Assembly: GCA_963769405.1 (NCBI GenBank)
Contig: CAVYLQ010000009.1
Location: 161,905-225,904 of the forward strand
From: an uncultured Prevotellaceae bacterium
Lineage (GTDB): Bacteria > Bacteroidota > Bacteroidia > Bacteroidales > Bacteroidaceae
Direction: 5' to 3'
DNA length: 64,000 nt
Positions 61,245-64,000 of the stretch are shown here, piece after piece. Below the pieces are notes generated by a model, which worked only from the letters and a program-made list of their open reading frames with translations, made no database searches and had not been told where the DNA came from. How positions within the stretch are numbered: position 1 is the stretch's first letter; each line of letters begins with the position of its first letter. A program made the translations under genes and the position numbers.

Positions 61245-61296
61245 CAAAAAATCGTGATTATTTTGCAAATTTGCGTTTTTACCGTATCTTTGTTCC

Positions 61297-63882
61297 ATGA
61301 TTTATCCTAAAAATTTCGAAAGCAAAATCGGCTTTGATGAAATCAAGCAACAACTTACCGGACATTGTCTGAGTCGACTGGGACAGGAACAGGTCAGCAC
61401 CATTTCCTTTTCCCATGATGCTGAGGATATCAATGAAAGTCTTGAACAGGTTCGTGAACTGCATAATTTACTGGAAACAGAAGATCAATTTCCGCTTGAT
61501 GGATTCCTAGACATACGTACTGCTCTCCAAAAAATCCGCATCCAGAACACCCATTTGGAAGAGGATGAACTCTTCGCTCTTGAGAAGATGTTAAAGACAG
61601 AAAGCCTTATCCTGAAATTAGTCCGTACCCATGAAGAAGATCATCAAGGAGAAGAGATTAAGGATGCAGATCATGCCGGGACCATCTATCCAGCTCTATA
61701 TGAATTAGCTGATGGAGTAGCAGATTTTCCGAAAATTATACAGAGAATCCAGCAGATTCTTGACGAAAACGGACATCTGCGTGATAATGCATCACCTGAA
61801 TTAAGTGACATCCGTAGTTCTCTTAAGCATGCTCGAGGAAGTATCACAAAAACCCTGTACGGCATTCTTCGTTCTGCCCAAGACGAAGGTGTAGTAGATA
61901 AAGACATTGCCCCGACAATGCGTGACGGAAGTCTTGTTATCCCTGTGGCCCCAAGTTTGAAACGGCGGATTCGCGGTATTGTACATGATGAATCAGCCAC
62001 AGGTAAAACGGTCTTCATAGAACCAGAAGAAGTAGTTGATGCAAATAATAAGGTCCGGGAACTTGAAGGTAGAGAACGCCAGGAAGAAATTCGTATTCTG
62101 AAGGAAATTGCCAAACTCATCCGCCCTTATGTAGCAGAACTTCTTGATGCAAGTCGCTTTATGGGCGATATAGACTTGATTTATGCAAAGGTAGCAACAG
62201 GAAAGTCTATGAAAGCTTGTGAACCTAAAGTGGAAGATCAACCGATCATAGACTGGGTGCAAGCTCACCACCCCCTTCTGGAAGAGTCTCTGAAGAAGAA
62301 AGAAAATGGACCACGCCAGTTAGTTCCTCTAGACATTACACTCCAGAAGGATTCCCGGATTCTGGTCATTTCCGGCCCAAATGCAGGAGGAAAATCAGTC
62401 TGTTTGAAGACTGTTGGTCTTTTGCAATATATGCTGCAATGTGGCTTACCCATCCCGGTAGCAGAAAATTCCCATGCAGGTGTATTCCATGATATCATGA
62501 TTGATATCGGCGACGAACAAAGTTTGGAAAATGATCTGAGTACTTACTCTTCGCATCTGCTTCACATGAAGAGCATGATGAAACAGGCAAACAGTCAAAC
62601 TCTTTTTCTAATAGATGAATTTGGAAGTGGTACAGAACCTCGTATCGGTGGAGCAATTGCAGAATGTGTCCTCAATCAACTTCTGAAGAAAGGAGCATGG
62701 GGAGTCATAACCACACATTATTCCAATCTTAAGCACTTTGCTGACTCACATCAAGATGTTGTCAATGGCGCCATGCTATATGACCGCCATGAGATGCAAC
62801 CTCTTTTTCAATTGGCTATCGGCCGTCCCGGTAGTTCGTTTGCCATTGATATCGCCCGAAAGATCGGCCTTCCGGAAGAAGTAATCAAAGAAGCCTCTGA
62901 AATTGTAGGCAGTGATTATATACAAAGTGATAAATATCTTCAGGATATCGTACGTGACAAACGCTATTGGGAAAGCAAGCGCCAAAAGATTCATCAAAGA
63001 GAAAAAGAACTTGAGAAGATGGCAGCCCAGTATGAAGAAGGGCTTACACAGGTGGAGGAACAGCGTCATGAAGTCCTTAGCAAAGCGAAAGATGAAGCCA
63101 GAGCTTTATTGTCAGAAAGTAACAAGAAAATCGAAAATGCCATAAAAGCTATCCGTGAGAGTCAAGCTCAAAAAGAAACAACTCGGAAAGCTCGCCAGGA
63201 GTTGGACGACTTTAAACAGGAAATAGATTTAGAACAAAAAAAACAAGATGACATAACCCGTAAGATTGAGAAAATAAAACAGCGCAAAGAACGTCGGGAA
63301 AGACACAAGACAGAAAAAGCGAAGAACCAGGAACTACAGAGCAACAGTAAGGTATCAACCGTTTCTGCTCATCAAGAATTGGTTACCGGAGATCCCGTTC
63401 GGATCAAGGGAATGAATCAGACAGGACGGATAGAGAGTATAAATGGAAAAACCGTGCGGGTCATCTTCGGGGACATGCTCACTACGATAGACAAGAGTAA
63501 ACTTGAATACGTAAATAACAATCAGAATGCTACTGTACAAAAACAGGATGATACGACAAAACAGGATGCTATAGCGGACCGGTTACGTAACGTCATCATC
63601 AGCCAGACTACACAAAGAACTATTGATGCACATAGAAGTCAATTCCATCAAGATTTAGATGTCCGTGGTATGCGAGGTGATGAAGCGATCAATTCCGTCC
63701 AGCATTTCATAGATGATGCCATTCTCATGAACGTACCCCGTGTCAGAATCCTTCACGGAAAAGGTAATGGCATTCTGAGAAGCCTGATCCGGCAGTATCT
63801 TGCAACGATACCAAATATAAATCATTTCGCAGATGAAAGCGTACAACTCGGAGGTGCAGGAATCACTGTCGTTGATTTTTAA
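61297..63882 (+). CDS. mutS2: MutS2 with C-terminal Smr domain
   Basis: IVHDESATGKTVFIEP, ISGPNAGGKS, DIGDEQSLENDLSTYSSH, DEFGSGTEP, TTHYS; Smr LDVRGMR...LHGKGNG. Confidence 0.95.
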   Translation: MIYPKNFESKIGFDEIKQQLTGHCLSRLGQEQVSTISFSHDAEDINESLEQVRELHNLLETEDQFPLDGFLDIRTALQKIRIQNTHLEEDELFALEKMLKTESLILKLVRTHEEDHQGEEIKDADHAGTIYPALYELADGVADFPKIIQRIQQILDENGHLRDNASPELSDIRSSLKHARGSITKTLYGILRSAQDEGVVDKDIAPTMRDGSLVIPVAPSLKRRIRGIVHDESATGKTVFIEPEEVVDANNKVRELEGRERQEEIRILKEIAKLIRPYVAELLDASRFMGDIDLIYAKVATGKSMKACEPKVEDQPIIDWVQAHHPLLEESLKKKENGPRQLVPLDITLQKDSRILVISGPNAGGKSVCLKTVGLLQYMLQCGLPIPVAENSHAGVFHDIMIDIGDEQSLENDLSTYSSHLLHMKSMMKQANSQTLFLIDEFGSGTEPRIGGAIAECVLNQLLKKGAWGVITTHYSNLKHFADSHQDVVNGAMLYDRHEMQPLFQLAIGRPGSSFAIDIARKIGLPEEVIKEASEIVGSDYIQSDKYLQDIVRDKRYWESKRQKIHQREKELEKMAAQYEEGLTQVEEQRHEVLSKAKDEARALLSESNKKIENAIKAIRESQAQKETTRKARQELDDFKQEIDLEQKKQDDITRKIEKIKQRKERRERHKTEKAKNQELQSNSKVSTVSAHQELVTGDPVRIKGMNQTGRIESINGKTVRVIFGDMLTTIDKSKLEYVNNNQNATVQKQDDTTKQDAIADRLRNVIISQTTQRTIDAHRSQFHQDLDVRGMRGDEAINSVQHFIDDAILMNVPRVRILHGKGNGILRSLIRQYLATIPNINHFADESVQLGGAGITVVDF

Positions 63883-64000
63883 TGCTTCGAGAATACTTTT
63901 CTTCGAAAAGACAACCATAGGTCTATTGACACAATATGTTAAAAAAACGAGTAAATCATTCAGAATTCTTTTCCAATTGAAATATTTTTTTTACCTTTGC

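Noticed and set aside
1-64000. tRNA or rRNA genes
   Set aside because: No cloverleaf with T-loop GTTC motif or rRNA signature found in any intergenic region.

Overview
Chromosomal window from a Bacteroidota genome, most likely Prevotellaceae. This is inferred from the protein sequences and from TAnnTTTG (-7) / TTTG (-33) promoter boxes. Housekeeping genes flank the window. Left: partial trkH, manA, EamA transporter, metY, cysK, rmuC, nhaD, an AraC regulator with rhaBAT and an inverted rhaD, carboxyspermidine/saccharopine dehydrogenase, recA, dnaK. Right: YtrA-type GntR/ABC operon, uracil permease, patatin, esterase, M16 peptidase, ung, a GH18-CE4-GT2 fusion, mutS2. An accessory block of about 25 kb (about 22.7-47.7 kb) starts exactly at the dnaK stop codon. 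It holds two degenerate copies of the dnaK 3' end that bracket a DJ-1/PfpI islet and a higBA islet. It also holds three ECF sigma/anti-sigma modules, a RhuM-Fic gene lacking its Fic core through an apparent in-frame deletion, and a frameshifted lipocalin. Its most notable part is a SusC/SusD locus with no CAZymes that instead encodes two thiol-disulfide oxidoreductases and an exported single-chain TldD-TldE(PmbA) protease; two genes of this locus are frameshifted. A PARIS-like ABC-ATPase + DUF4435/TOPRIM pair sits at 2.2-4.1 kb, with a 23-bp tandem array and hairpin at its 3' end. I saw no rRNA, tRNA, CRISPR array, integrase or transposase. All family names come from recognising motifs by eye, not from database searches.
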